IMG/VR virus record: IMGVR_UViG_3300031760_000011
Direction: 5' to 3' (one strand)
DNA length: 57,941 nucleotides
Source of the DNA: an uncultured virus (IMG/VR IMGVR_UViG_3300031760_000011)
Taxonomy: Duplodnaviria > Heunggongvirae > Uroviricota > Caudoviricetes
Positions 46,825 through 56,061 of the stretch are shown piece after piece. Position 1 is the first letter of the stretch. Each line of letters opens with the position of its first letter. Below the pieces are notes generated by a model that worked only from the letters and a program-made list of their open reading frames with translations, was not told where the DNA came from and searched no databases. The translations under genes were made by a program, and so were the position numbers.

Positions 46825-49209
46825 ATGTTAATAGCTAAAGACGTTAAAGTCTTATACCAGAAAACCATTGGACTTGTAGAATATTCACACGTTCAGTATA
46901 TTAACGAAAAGTCTGATGCCTATGGTAATACGCCTGAAGGTCTTGAGATATACATAAACCCGCACAAAGAAGGTATGCCTTCATTTAATGATGAAGGTGA
47001 AAGAATATATGACGGTTCTGAGAACTATAACAGAGTTTCTTGGGAAACCATTATTTCAGACTACGTCGATTCTGTTGAAACTTTCGATTTCAATGTCATC
47101 AGCAAAATCGTAATTACTGCATCAAAAGACACGAATGAACTAGAACTTCCAAGAATACTCGAGCTTGAGAAGATTGCTCTTCTTACGAAATTTAAGAAAA
47201 TTGAGATTCATTGCGAAGATGATTTACTCAATGCGGATAACCTTAGTCATCCAAGTGACGATGCTATTTATGTGAAAAACGGAAACCTTGATTTCCTAAC
47301 AGCAACCGATGAGATTTCGTTTTTCATGATGAACTTTCCAAATGGTATCACAAGCACAACGGATTGCTCGACAGTTTATACGTTTGATACTTGCGCTATA
47401 TGGGGAGAAATCAATATTCGAGATAATAAGCAGAAAGCGTGGTTCGAATTCAAGAACCCTTCACTTATTGACGTTGATACTATAAAGATTACGGACGTCG
47501 CAAAAGTTGAGATTACTTCTGCGAAGTTCTATACTACGCAAGATTCGATTGAAGAAAAATCTCAATCAATCGTTCCAAACCGTGCGGGCGAACGTATGGA
47601 AGTTTTTCATTGGGGCGAAGACTTCAATTACGTTTCGTCAGATTCTGTCCTAATAAGTGAGAACTATTCTCCAACTGTCGGAGAACGTATGTCCCCATCG
47701 TTCCTCTTCCAGAACTGTAAGAACGTTCTTATTCTTGGATTCTACGTGTACGGACAATTATCATCTCCGCTTACTTTCAAGAATGATGAATTGGTTCAGG
47801 TTATAAGCCTTGACGGTATTCCAAAAGCTATTGAGAATCTTCCCGGAGAATCTATATTCGTAGATTCTTGTACTGAAGTAACGATTTCAAACGTTACATT
47901 CCCATGTATTAATATCTTTAACTGTGCTACAGCTGCAGTTTCAACTGTAACCATTGCAGGGCTTGCTGTTCCGAAGAAATATGGTGTACGCATGGCTAAA
48001 ATTACAAAAGAAGCTCTTGTTGCATCGTTGAAGTATATGAAAGGCTCTGTTGAAACTGGAGTTCTCGTAAGTTTTGTAAGCGGAGATGCTTGTGTAATCG
48101 GAGACTCTGTATTCAGCGACCTTAAAACCGCAATATCAATCACTGGAACTGAAAAATCGGCTCTGGTTAGCGGTTGCACATTCGAGAACGTTGAAGTTGG
48201 TGTCAATGTCAAGAATACAGTTGATGATATCTCTGTTAATAACAGCGTTTTCTCAGACTGCGGTAAATCAATGAAGATTGATTCGGTTTCTCGTCTTATT
48301 TCTGGCGATTCTAAATTTCTTGGTAAGAAAAACGTCGCTTTAGATTCGGACGATGCTTGTTCTATCAAATGTACAAACTCTGGCGAGTTGTACTTCAGAA
48401 ACTCAACGATTTCACTTACGAATCTTCAGGTCGATTCTACCGATGGTATTACGTTCAACGAGACTACTGTTGCTTTGAGCACAATCAAAGCTGCTCTTAA
48501 GTCTATAAATATCCGAAAATGTGAGATGGATATGAACGGGGATTCGTTCTGCGTCAGTGGTTCTATGGAAGAAGGATTCGTTAATATCCAAGGCTCGAAA
48601 TTCTCATTTACTCCGAAGTTCTCAGGATTTGGAGGTATTGATATCTCCGATAATGAATTCTCTATGGGAATAACCTTACAAGGTTGCGGAGACCCGGCTC
48701 TGAAGCGTACTATCACAAAAAATCAGTTTTTAGCCTCTGATATTTCAGACTCAAAATCTGTATTTGCGAAAGGGTTGACTTTGGAGAATTGCAAAGGAAT
48801 CCTTATAAGTAAGAATGAGTTTAAGAACTCTGAAGGTGAAGGTGTCTTGGTTGTGTTCAATGGTTGTAGCTTCTGTATCTTTGATGAGACGAATACCTAC
48901 GCAAACAAAGGAGCGATTCAATTCGGAGATTCTGGAGAATACAATCTTAACCACGTTATCGTAAATAAGGCTACTGGAACGTTGCCAGCCGTTCAAACCT
49001 CTAACTGTTGGGCGCAGCTTTTATCGTTGTATAATAAACCGAAGTTTGCAGAACGTTTCCAAGGTCAAACCCCTGCGGCTAACGAGAACGAGGTTATGAA
49101 TAAAGGACTTAACGTTGTAACTACTTTGGACTTTACGATAGAAGACTGGGCTGTGCAATACATACGCGCAGTCAATGATTTTGTCAAGAGAGCATTCAAA
49201 TCTACATGA
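46825..49209 (+). CDS. Parallel beta-helix protein (tailspike/depolymerase-like)
   Basis: ~22-aa repeats such as VSGCTFEN, VNNSVFSD, IQGSKFS, ISDNEFS and ISKNEFKN are typical of right-handed beta-helices. Confidence 0.7.
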   Translation: MLIAKDVKVLYQKTIGLVEYSHVQYINEKSDAYGNTPEGLEIYINPHKEGMPSFNDEGERIYDGSENYNRVSWETIISDYVDSVETFDFNVISKIVITASKDTNELELPRILELEKIALLTKFKKIEIHCEDDLLNADNLSHPSDDAIYVKNGNLDFLTATDEISFFMMNFPNGITSTTDCSTVYTFDTCAIWGEINIRDNKQKAWFEFKNPSLIDVDTIKITDVAKVEITSAKFYTTQDSIEEKSQSIVPNRAGERMEVFHWGEDFNYVSSDSVLISENYSPTVGERMSPSFLFQNCKNVLILGFYVYGQLSSPLTFKNDELVQVISLDGIPKAIENLPGESIFVDSCTEVTISNVTFPCINIFNCATAAVSTVTIAGLAVPKKYGVRMAKITKEALVASLKYMKGSVETGVLVSFVSGDACVIGDSVFSDLKTAISITGTEKSALVSGCTFENVEVGVNVKNTVDDISVNNSVFSDCGKSMKIDSVSRLISGDSKFLGKKNVALDSDDACSIKCTNSGELYFRNSTISLTNLQVDSTDGITFNETTVALSTIKAALKSINIRKCEMDMNGDSFCVSGSMEEGFVNIQGSKFSFTPKFSGFGGIDISDNEFSMGITLQGCGDPALKRTITKNQFLASDISDSKSVFAKGLTLENCKGILISKNEFKNSEGEGVLVVFNGCSFCIFDETNTYANKGAIQFGDSGEYNLNHVIVNKATGTLPAVQTSNCWAQLLSLYNKPKFAERFQGQTPAANENEVMNKGLNVVTTLDFTIEDWAVQYIRAVNDFVKRAFKST

Positions 49210-49232
49210 TATCGTTGTTGGAGGACTAAAAT

Positions 49233-50036
49233 ATGGCAAAGAGCCAGTTTTACGTCAATCGCGATGTACGGTACTTGATTGACCGGCGAATCTATGAATA
49301 CGACATACGACGAGCCGGTCTTCAGGCTCTCGTAAATATTGGAGCTATCGACGCTAAGACATATGAAATGTGGAAAGCTAGAGATAAGCACTGGTCCTCG
49401 ATATTTATAGGTACGCATATGGCAAAGTACATGCGTGCACAGAATGACGATATTACAAAAGGTGTCGATGAGTTCTTGAGAGCAAACGCGATACAAAACT
49501 CAAGAATAATCTCAAGAAAACGCGACGCAGTGTTTATTTTCCCAGAGATGATTCCGAAAGTTACAAAAGTGAATGGATATCAATTCGTATGTAAGCATCG
49601 TTATACATCTTACTATCACATTGAAAATCTTGAACTGTATTATAACAGCTTTAACGATACTCTTGATGTGAAAGGTATTGATGCAAGGTTTACAGAGAAC
49701 CACCCGTTGATAGATGAATTAAAAAAGATAATTCGTTTGTATGAGTTGCGTATGCAAGGAACGGTAAGTTATGAAGAAGTGTATACTGAAGTTCATGAAT
49801 TGAGAAATCAGTATTGTGAGTTGAAGTTGCCTTTGGAATGGTATCGTGAAATTGCATATGATAATCCATATGCGTTCAAAGACAAGCGTACTGGAGCTAT
49901 TTTACATCTTCAGGTTCTTCCGAGTCCTGAAGAGAGGTTAAATTATGAACTGATGACTTCATATAACTTTATGAAAATCATCGTTCCATTTATCCGTATA
50001 CTACCTGAATTGAGGTACATTAATCATGGCGGTTGA
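49233..50036 (+). CDS. Small divergent family-B DNA polymerase palm-like protein
   Basis: YEYDIRRA (motif A-like), SRKRDAVF (motif C-like) and LDVKGI in only 267 aa; no exonuclease domain. Confidence 0.55.
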   Translation: MAKSQFYVNRDVRYLIDRRIYEYDIRRAGLQALVNIGAIDAKTYEMWKARDKHWSSIFIGTHMAKYMRAQNDDITKGVDEFLRANAIQNSRIISRKRDAVFIFPEMIPKVTKVNGYQFVCKHRYTSYYHIENLELYYNSFNDTLDVKGIDARFTENHPLIDELKKIIRLYELRMQGTVSYEEVYTEVHELRNQYCELKLPLEWYREIAYDNPYAFKDKRTGAILHLQVLPSPEERLNYELMTSYNFMKIIVPFIRILPELRYINHGG

Positions 50037-50508
50037 GAACGAAATGAAGAACGATAGGTATTATCGGTATATGCAAGGGGACGATATTGTAAAAGCAAAA
50101 TATGCTTTAGTCCTTGATGATAATGGATATATGGCACAGGTGTTGAGTAAAATCAAAATCAAGAAAGAAGACTTCTTGTACCTGTGTCGTATCGCTATAG
50201 AGTCGCAAAAACTCAATTCGCTTCAAATCTTACTGGAGATATATCACACGTTTTGGACACAAGATGTCTTCGACGAGTTAGTGAGTTACATCAAAAAGTA
50301 TAGGCGTTATGAAATGGCTTCGTTTATTTCGGAGTTTATTGATAAAGCCAATGCTTACCACACTTCAGTAAAAGAGTGGAATGAACATGTGCGTGAAAAC
50401 AAGCGTAAGAAAGCCGAGCAAACTCAAGCTACGCTTGAACCACCACAACCTGAAAATAAGCCGAATGTATTTCAGCGAATTTTCAGATTTCTTTTCAAAA
50501 AGAAATAA
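50026..50508 (+). CDS. Hypothetical helical protein
   Basis: 160 aa, overlaps the upstream stop; C-terminal amphipathic/basic helix NVFQRIFRFLFKKK. Confidence 0.7.
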   Translation: MAVENEMKNDRYYRYMQGDDIVKAKYALVLDDNGYMAQVLSKIKIKKEDFLYLCRIAIESQKLNSLQILLEIYHTFWTQDVFDELVSYIKKYRRYEMASFISEFIDKANAYHTSVKEWNEHVRENKRKKAEQTQATLEPPQPENKPNVFQRIFRFLFKKK

Positions 50509-50509
50509 T

Positions 50510-50537
50510 ATCACTGGGAGCCTAGGCTCCCAGTGAT
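50510..50537. terminator. Palindromic terminator
   Basis: Perfect 28-bp palindrome ATCACTGGGAGCCTAGGCTCCCAGTGAT followed by a T-run. Confidence 0.85.
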
Positions 50538-50553
50538 TTTTGATATTTAAGTC

Positions 50554-50565
50554 AACAGTAAATTG
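50554..50565 (+). promoter_or_regulatory. AACA-N6-TG promoter motif
   Basis: AACA GTAAAT TG upstream of the beta'-C gene. Confidence 0.65.
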
Positions 50566-50589
50566 CCTATTTTATTAGGGAGGATTCTT

Positions 50590-52590
50590 ATGGCGAAAAC
50601 CAAGAAAACCACAACAGACGATTCCAGATATGCGTACATCGGAACCGTAAAGGTCAAAAACTTCAACTACAGCAAAGAGAATTACACTCGTTTGTATCTC
50701 TGGCTGTACAAATCAGTCCTCAAAGACTACAAGTTCCGCAAGAGGAAAATTGGATTTCTCTTTGAGGATGGACAGCTCGTTAAAATGCAGGTACGCACTG
50801 CTATCATCAATCTTATGTTATTCAAACCGTGGTGCGACTACGGAAAGACCCTCCAGGTGTCTGATTTGTACGACACCAAGCTCATCAGTGAAGATTCTAT
50901 TGCCGAACGCATGGACTGGACAATCAAGGTGTTTAAGCAGTATGGTCTTACAGTCGAACAGCTTTGTGATTCAATTGCACGTATCCGTGAATCATTGGCA
51001 ACAATCTGCCTTTACTTCTCAATGAAGATTGGCAACACTCTCAACATGAGAGACTTCATCGACTTAGCCGATAAGTATCCGAAGTTTGATGAAATCATCC
51101 ACACAGAATATGATGAAGAGAATCTCCCTCCGACGCATTTTATCGAGAACGACATCATGGACCGTCTTGGTGTTGCGTTGGATATTGTACGTTCCGATAG
51201 AAACTCAAACCTTAAGCCGTTCATTATGGCTGGCGGCAATATCAACCTCGGTCAGCTGGCTCAGCTCATCGTGTGTGTTGGACCTCGTTCTGACATCTAC
51301 GGTAATATTGCACCTGTTATCATCAATACAAACTTCATCAGAGGTCTTCGCAACGCAAGTGATTTTTATATTGAATCATTTGCTCAGCGTAAAGCGTTGG
51401 TTGCAAATAAATACCAGATGTGCGATTCTGGATACACAACTCGTCAGGTTGGTTTGTCCGGATATGATGCATCATTGGTAGACGTTGAAGATTGCGGGAG
51501 CGAGCATACTCTCAAAATCTTCATCCCGAATGAGAAATCATTAAAGATGATGGAGTTCAAGGAAATCGTTACAGGACGCGACGAAAAAGGTCATCAGATC
51601 CTTCATGAAATCGATCCTGAAACCGATAAGCACTTGATTGGGACTACTGTTGAAGTACGTTCTCATATCTTCTGTAACTTGCCGCAGGGACAATATTGCT
51701 GTACTTGCTACGGTGGTATGCGTTACACATCATTGGGTTATCAGACAAGCTTGCTTGCAGCATTGTCAATTACTGCAACCACATCGCAGATGGTATTGTC
51801 GACCAAGCACTTGAATAAAACCCATACAAAGATTGTAGAGTGGCCGTCTTTGATTCGTGAATATTTCGATATCCAGTCAGACGGATTGTATCTCAAACAG
51901 GAGCAGATTGGTAAACCAATTTCAATCGGCTTCTATACAGAAGACATCGAGGATTATCTCAACATGATTGGTTCTGGTGATTCTGACAGTGATGATGAAG
52001 ACGACGAGAATCAGGTGCTTATGGATTACATCACACGTATCCGCATCCGCAACGACAGCGTAGTCTTTGATATCGACAATGTCGGTCAGGACTTGTATAT
52101 CAATTCAGACTTCTTGCAGAAGCTCTTGGATTCAAACGACACGGATGATGATACTATCTGGGTCAATCTTTCAAATATCAGTTCTGATGAGCAGATTTTC
52201 GACTTGAATATCGAGAATATTGAGATTTCGGGTTACTTGAAACGCTTGATGTCTATGCTGGGCATCAAGAGCAAGACTACATATACAACTGTAGAAGACT
52301 TGATTCAGCTTCTCATGAACGCATTTATCGAAATCGGTTTGAAGACTAATTTCGCACACATCGAGTCAATGATTTACTCAATGATTCGTGACCCTGAGGT
52401 TCCGATTGATAGACCAAACTTCAGAGTCAATCCAAATGCTCCGTATTCAATATGTCCTATATCAAGGTCAATCATGTACTCACATTCATTGACTACATCA
52501 CTGGCATTCGAAAGAATCGCGCAGCAGTTGAAAACTGTATTCACATATCTCAAGTGTGCTCCGGGATTCCTCGACCCATTCTTCAATTAA
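50590..52590 (+). CDS. rpoC: Phage RNA polymerase beta' C-terminal subunit, probably non-virion RNAP (AR9 gp154-like)
   Basis: QLAQ..CVGPR, NFIRGL, bridge helix RKALVANK...SGYTTRQ, DCGS, VRSHIFC...CCTCYG and trigger loop SQMVLSTKH. Start 50590 with GGAGG RBS. Confidence 0.9.
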   Translation: MAKTKKTTTDDSRYAYIGTVKVKNFNYSKENYTRLYLWLYKSVLKDYKFRKRKIGFLFEDGQLVKMQVRTAIINLMLFKPWCDYGKTLQVSDLYDTKLISEDSIAERMDWTIKVFKQYGLTVEQLCDSIARIRESLATICLYFSMKIGNTLNMRDFIDLADKYPKFDEIIHTEYDEENLPPTHFIENDIMDRLGVALDIVRSDRNSNLKPFIMAGGNINLGQLAQLIVCVGPRSDIYGNIAPVIINTNFIRGLRNASDFYIESFAQRKALVANKYQMCDSGYTTRQVGLSGYDASLVDVEDCGSEHTLKIFIPNEKSLKMMEFKEIVTGRDEKGHQILHEIDPETDKHLIGTTVEVRSHIFCNLPQGQYCCTCYGGMRYTSLGYQTSLLAALSITATTSQMVLSTKHLNKTHTKIVEWPSLIREYFDIQSDGLYLKQEQIGKPISIGFYTEDIEDYLNMIGSGDSDSDDEDDENQVLMDYITRIRIRNDSVVFDIDNVGQDLYINSDFLQKLLDSNDTDDDTIWVNLSNISSDEQIFDLNIENIEISGYLKRLMSMLGIKSKTTYTTVEDLIQLLMNAFIEIGLKTNFAHIESMIYSMIRDPEVPIDRPNFRVNPNAPYSICPISRSIMYSHSLTTSLAFERIAQQLKTVFTYLKCAPGFLDPFFN

Positions 52591-52600
52591 GGAGACTCTG

Positions 52601-54085
52601 ATGGGCGTAACTATTCGCATACGCAGGACATCAGTCATTATTGAAGGGTATAGTAAGGAGTTTGTCTCAGGATGGATTCCTTACTACCTGACAGTATATG
52701 ACAACGTACATCATAAGTACGAAAAAGATTTAACGTATTCATACATGCTTCCTAACGGGAACGTTATCATGCCAAGAACGGTAGATATTTCTCGCTTGGA
52801 AAGAAAAATTACATCTCAAGGTTTTGAAATTGATGGTGTTCTTGATGAAACCGAAGATTGTATAAAACCGAGAGGATTCTCAAAAGATATTACGATGAAA
52901 GACCACATCAAGATACTTAATCAAGTACAAGATGATTCTATCAGGTTTCTCATCGACCGCAATAATCATATTCACTTCAGATGTCTTACTCTTCCAACAG
53001 GTTCTGGTAAGACTGTATGTGCTATTGCAGCGATGTGTTATTGGTGTGTAAAGACACTGATTGTTGCAAGTCAACTATCTCAGCAATGGATTGATGAACT
53101 TCTTGATAAGTGTACAGTTTCGTACAAGAAGTTATACGAGATTTCAGGCATTGATTCACTGAATGCTTTGCTGTCAAATAAATACAATCCGAACTCTTTG
53201 GATGTGTTTGTAGCATCGTTGCAGACGCTTCGTAATGGTGTTGAATCTGGAGTCTACAAGAGGTTCTGTGAAAAGTTTGGTATTGGTCTTGTCATAGTCG
53301 ACGAGATTCATATGGCAACGTATACCCAGATGTACGTGAATATGCAAGCTGACATTTCAGAGACAATCTTCTTGACTGCAACCCCGTTTCGTTCAGACCC
53401 TGCAGAAACAAGCACGTTCCATAAGGCTCTTGAGAAGTTGCCTAGATTCGGCGAAGATGTAAATCGTTTTATGACGAAATACATCAATGCTATTTGGGTA
53501 TTTTACGACTCAAAGCCATCATACATCGAACAACGCAAATGTCAGACGTGGCACGGATTCAGCTGCATTGAGTTTGCGAAAAATACATTCAACTCTCAGC
53601 CAAGAAGATTAATAATCTACGACATTCTGAAATGGGCTATTGACATAACCCTTAAGAGCATTGATGAAGACGAGAAAATTGTAGTCATCATTGAACTTAC
53701 TCAGCATGTCAAAATGACAGTTGATTGGCTGTCTCAAGAGTTCCCGAATGTAAGCGTAGGCGACTATTCTTCAAACATGAATCCCAATGTAAAAGCCGAC
53801 AGTTTGAAGAAAAAGATTATAGTGTCTACAGATAAATCATTTGGTACGGGTTCTGACCTTAAGGGTAAACTTAGAGTGTTGATAAACACGATAACGTTCA
53901 ACTCAAAAGTGACTGCAACACAAATGCCAGGTCGACTTCGCAATATTCCTGGAAAGTCAGTGTATTACATTGACTTAGTTGATAAAGGATATAGGCGTAC
54001 ATGGCAGCATTATCAGAACCGTAGAAAAATTATTGAATCATATTGCAAATCAACGAGGGTTATGAATTATGGCGTCGACATCTAA
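52601..54085 (+). CDS. SF2 DExH helicase (UvsW/Rad25-like)
   Basis: LPTGSGKT, VDEIH, LTATPFRSD and QMPGRLR. Start 52601 with AAGGAG RBS. Follows nvRNAP beta'-C as phiKZ gp75 follows gp74. Confidence 0.9.
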   Translation: MGVTIRIRRTSVIIEGYSKEFVSGWIPYYLTVYDNVHHKYEKDLTYSYMLPNGNVIMPRTVDISRLERKITSQGFEIDGVLDETEDCIKPRGFSKDITMKDHIKILNQVQDDSIRFLIDRNNHIHFRCLTLPTGSGKTVCAIAAMCYWCVKTLIVASQLSQQWIDELLDKCTVSYKKLYEISGIDSLNALLSNKYNPNSLDVFVASLQTLRNGVESGVYKRFCEKFGIGLVIVDEIHMATYTQMYVNMQADISETIFLTATPFRSDPAETSTFHKALEKLPRFGEDVNRFMTKYINAIWVFYDSKPSYIEQRKCQTWHGFSCIEFAKNTFNSQPRRLIIYDILKWAIDITLKSIDEDEKIVVIIELTQHVKMTVDWLSQEFPNVSVGDYSSNMNPNVKADSLKKKIIVSTDKSFGTGSDLKGKLRVLINTITFNSKVTATQMPGRLRNIPGKSVYYIDLVDKGYRRTWQHYQNRRKIIESYCKSTRVMNYGVDI

Positions 54086-54761
54086 TCATATCCCGTTTGA
54101 CTCAATTTCGAGAAAGATATTCAATCCAGCTCCGGGTCTCATACTTAAGCATAAGGTGTCTGTTGGTTCAAGAACGTCCGACAAACACCGTCGCCCATTC
54201 ATGTCTGAGTATATTTACGGAACCGACCGCTATATTGATGTATCGAAAGTCTCTTCATTACAAATAGCAACTCAAGATTATCTGATACTTGAAACGTGTC
54301 AGATTCTCGACCAGAATCATCAGTGGAATGAAAACTTTCAACCGATGAGGATAATGTTTGATTATACGAATATACAGACACTTCAGATGGCTTTGAATAC
54401 GTCATTTTCATGGTTGTCAAATCCAAAGGATGTATGCGAGCTAGATTCGGCTGGTAATCCAACTAGGATTAAGAGTGACTTTATGAACGTGTATATCAAA
54501 TGTATATCACTATTCCCACAGAGTACCGCAGGTAAAATGACGTTTAAGCCTACGATAATGACCAATAAGTTTACTCAAACCAAACAGATTGGAGCCTTGT
54601 TAAGCATGGGTCCGAATGATTCTCAGGTTGCTACATTGGATTATGACCAGTGTGGAGCTTGGGTGTACTTCATGGATAAGTTCAATCTCTATGAAGCATC
54701 ATTGGTTCTTGCAAATCAGCTGCTACTTTCTGGGCCTATGGTTGCGAAGACAAGAAAATAG
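54069..54761 (+). CDS. Hypothetical protein
   Basis: 230 aa, overlaps the helicase stop. Confidence 0.7.
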   Translation: MASTSNHIPFDSISRKIFNPAPGLILKHKVSVGSRTSDKHRRPFMSEYIYGTDRYIDVSKVSSLQIATQDYLILETCQILDQNHQWNENFQPMRIMFDYTNIQTLQMALNTSFSWLSNPKDVCELDSAGNPTRIKSDFMNVYIKCISLFPQSTAGKMTFKPTIMTNKFTQTKQIGALLSMGPNDSQVATLDYDQCGAWVYFMDKFNLYEASLVLANQLLLSGPMVAKTRK

Positions 54762-54765
54762 AAAT

Positions 54766-54786
54766 GTGGGAGGCTATGCCTCCCAC
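54766..54786. terminator. Terminator between convergent genes
   Basis: GTGGGAGGC/GCCTCCCAC stem with a T-rich tract. Confidence 0.85.
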
Positions 54787-54802
54787 GTGTTTTCTTTTTG
54801 TG

Positions 54803-55993
54803 TTAAAAGTCTTTGAAACGCTTTTCGAACTCCATATCAGTAAAGTGAACTGTTGTATCATGCATTGATTTCATCGAGGTGTTAAGAATCTTTGAACCCA
54901 AGTCTGATACTGTAAGTCCAACGTTCTGAATACCAAGACGATTGAATAGCGCACCTGCGCATTTCTCACAATACCGTTGGTTCTTACAGAATAGTACACT
55001 GCGAAACTTCACCGTTTTACCAATCAACTGGTCTGAGTTCTTATGCGTAAGCATCATCAAACCTTTAGTTGTGAAGAAATACCGATACATATAGATATCG
55101 ACATTGTCTTTGGTGAGCGTTACACGAATACCCATTGTAGACCCACAATCGGATTTCGGATTTGGGTCAAGACGTTCTGACTGCATAGCTGCTTGTATCT
55201 CTTTTACGAGAGCACCACCAACCTGTGTAGAAACAGAACGCGAGTATGAACCGGTAATCGACTGGTCTGCGAAGTGGTGATACTCATCTGGGTCGATACC
55301 GTCGATGTAACTGTTTTCAGAGATGTAGAATGAGCCATCGGTATTTGACTTTACGGCACCAACCATAAGACACATATTTTTATAGTTATTACCGAGAGAC
55401 GGTTTCTTTGACTGATACAAGCGTAATGCGGGGTCATCTTTCATCTCTTCTTTTATGTAGTCCAAAAGTTCACTTTCAATACGAGAAGCATACTCGACTT
55501 TACCCGCTTTCAATTCAGCCTCATACTTCTTGAAGAGTTCTTTCTTTTTTGCCACGATTTTTGGATGCGGTTTCATTGAATCGTAAGATGCTCCAGGAAC
55601 GAGAATCTCTGTAGGTGTGTAACACAACCAGTTAATCTTTGTCTGGTAGTCTGAAATTTGCTCGGCGTTTATCAATCCGTCGATAGCTGCATCACAGACC
55701 ATATTGTCGAAACCTTTATAAGAGCTCTTATTCCAGTACGGGAACATGTCCGACCCAAAAATTGATTCATTGAGAAATTTATTGAAAATGAAACGACCTA
55801 TTGTGGTTTTAATTGGAGTCTTCTCTTTGTATACTGAAATCATACCTGCTTCAAGAGGAAACCAATCATTCGGTTGATATTTCGGCTTAAGAGTCTGTGC
55901 GTTATTTCCAAACCAGCGAATGAGTAATTCCTTTGTAATTTGGTCGTCTGTTATAGAGGTGACTTCTTTAATCTGCTCTGGAGTTAGCCTCAT
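54803..55993 (-). CDS. rpoC: Phage RNA polymerase beta' C-terminal subunit, probably virion RNAP (phiKZ gp80-like)
   Basis: TTIGRFIFN, NSYIDG, GSYSRSVSTQVGG, DCGS, FRSVLFCK...CEKCAG and SMKSMH. Second, shorter beta'-C paralog. Confidence 0.88.
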   Translation of the reverse strand: MRLTPEQIKEVTSITDDQITKELLIRWFGNNAQTLKPKYQPNDWFPLEAGMISVYKEKTPIKTTIGRFIFNKFLNESIFGSDMFPYWNKSSYKGFDNMVCDAAIDGLINAEQISDYQTKINWLCYTPTEILVPGASYDSMKPHPKIVAKKKELFKKYEAELKAGKVEYASRIESELLDYIKEEMKDDPALRLYQSKKPSLGNNYKNMCLMVGAVKSNTDGSFYISENSYIDGIDPDEYHHFADQSITGSYSRSVSTQVGGALVKEIQAAMQSERLDPNPKSDCGSTMGIRVTLTKDNVDIYMYRYFFTTKGLMMLTHKNSDQLIGKTVKFRSVLFCKNQRYCEKCAGALFNRLGIQNVGLTVSDLGSKILNTSMKSMHDTTVHFTDMEFEKRFKDF

Positions 55994-56020
55994 AAATTAT
56001 CCTCCTAAAATAAACGAAAA

Positions 56021-56046
56021 TCGGTCATCCCATATGGGATGACCGA
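56021..56046. terminator. Palindromic terminator
   Basis: Perfect 26-bp palindrome TCGGTCATCCCATATGGGATGACCGA with TTTT on the minus strand. Confidence 0.8.
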
Positions 56047-56061
56047 CGATGTATTGCGTCG

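Noticed and set aside
10714..55993. Introns or inteins in RNAP, helicase, thyA or nrdD genes; stop-codon reassignment
   Set aside because: All are continuous ORFs of expected size in the standard code, and TAA, TAG and TGA all serve as stops.
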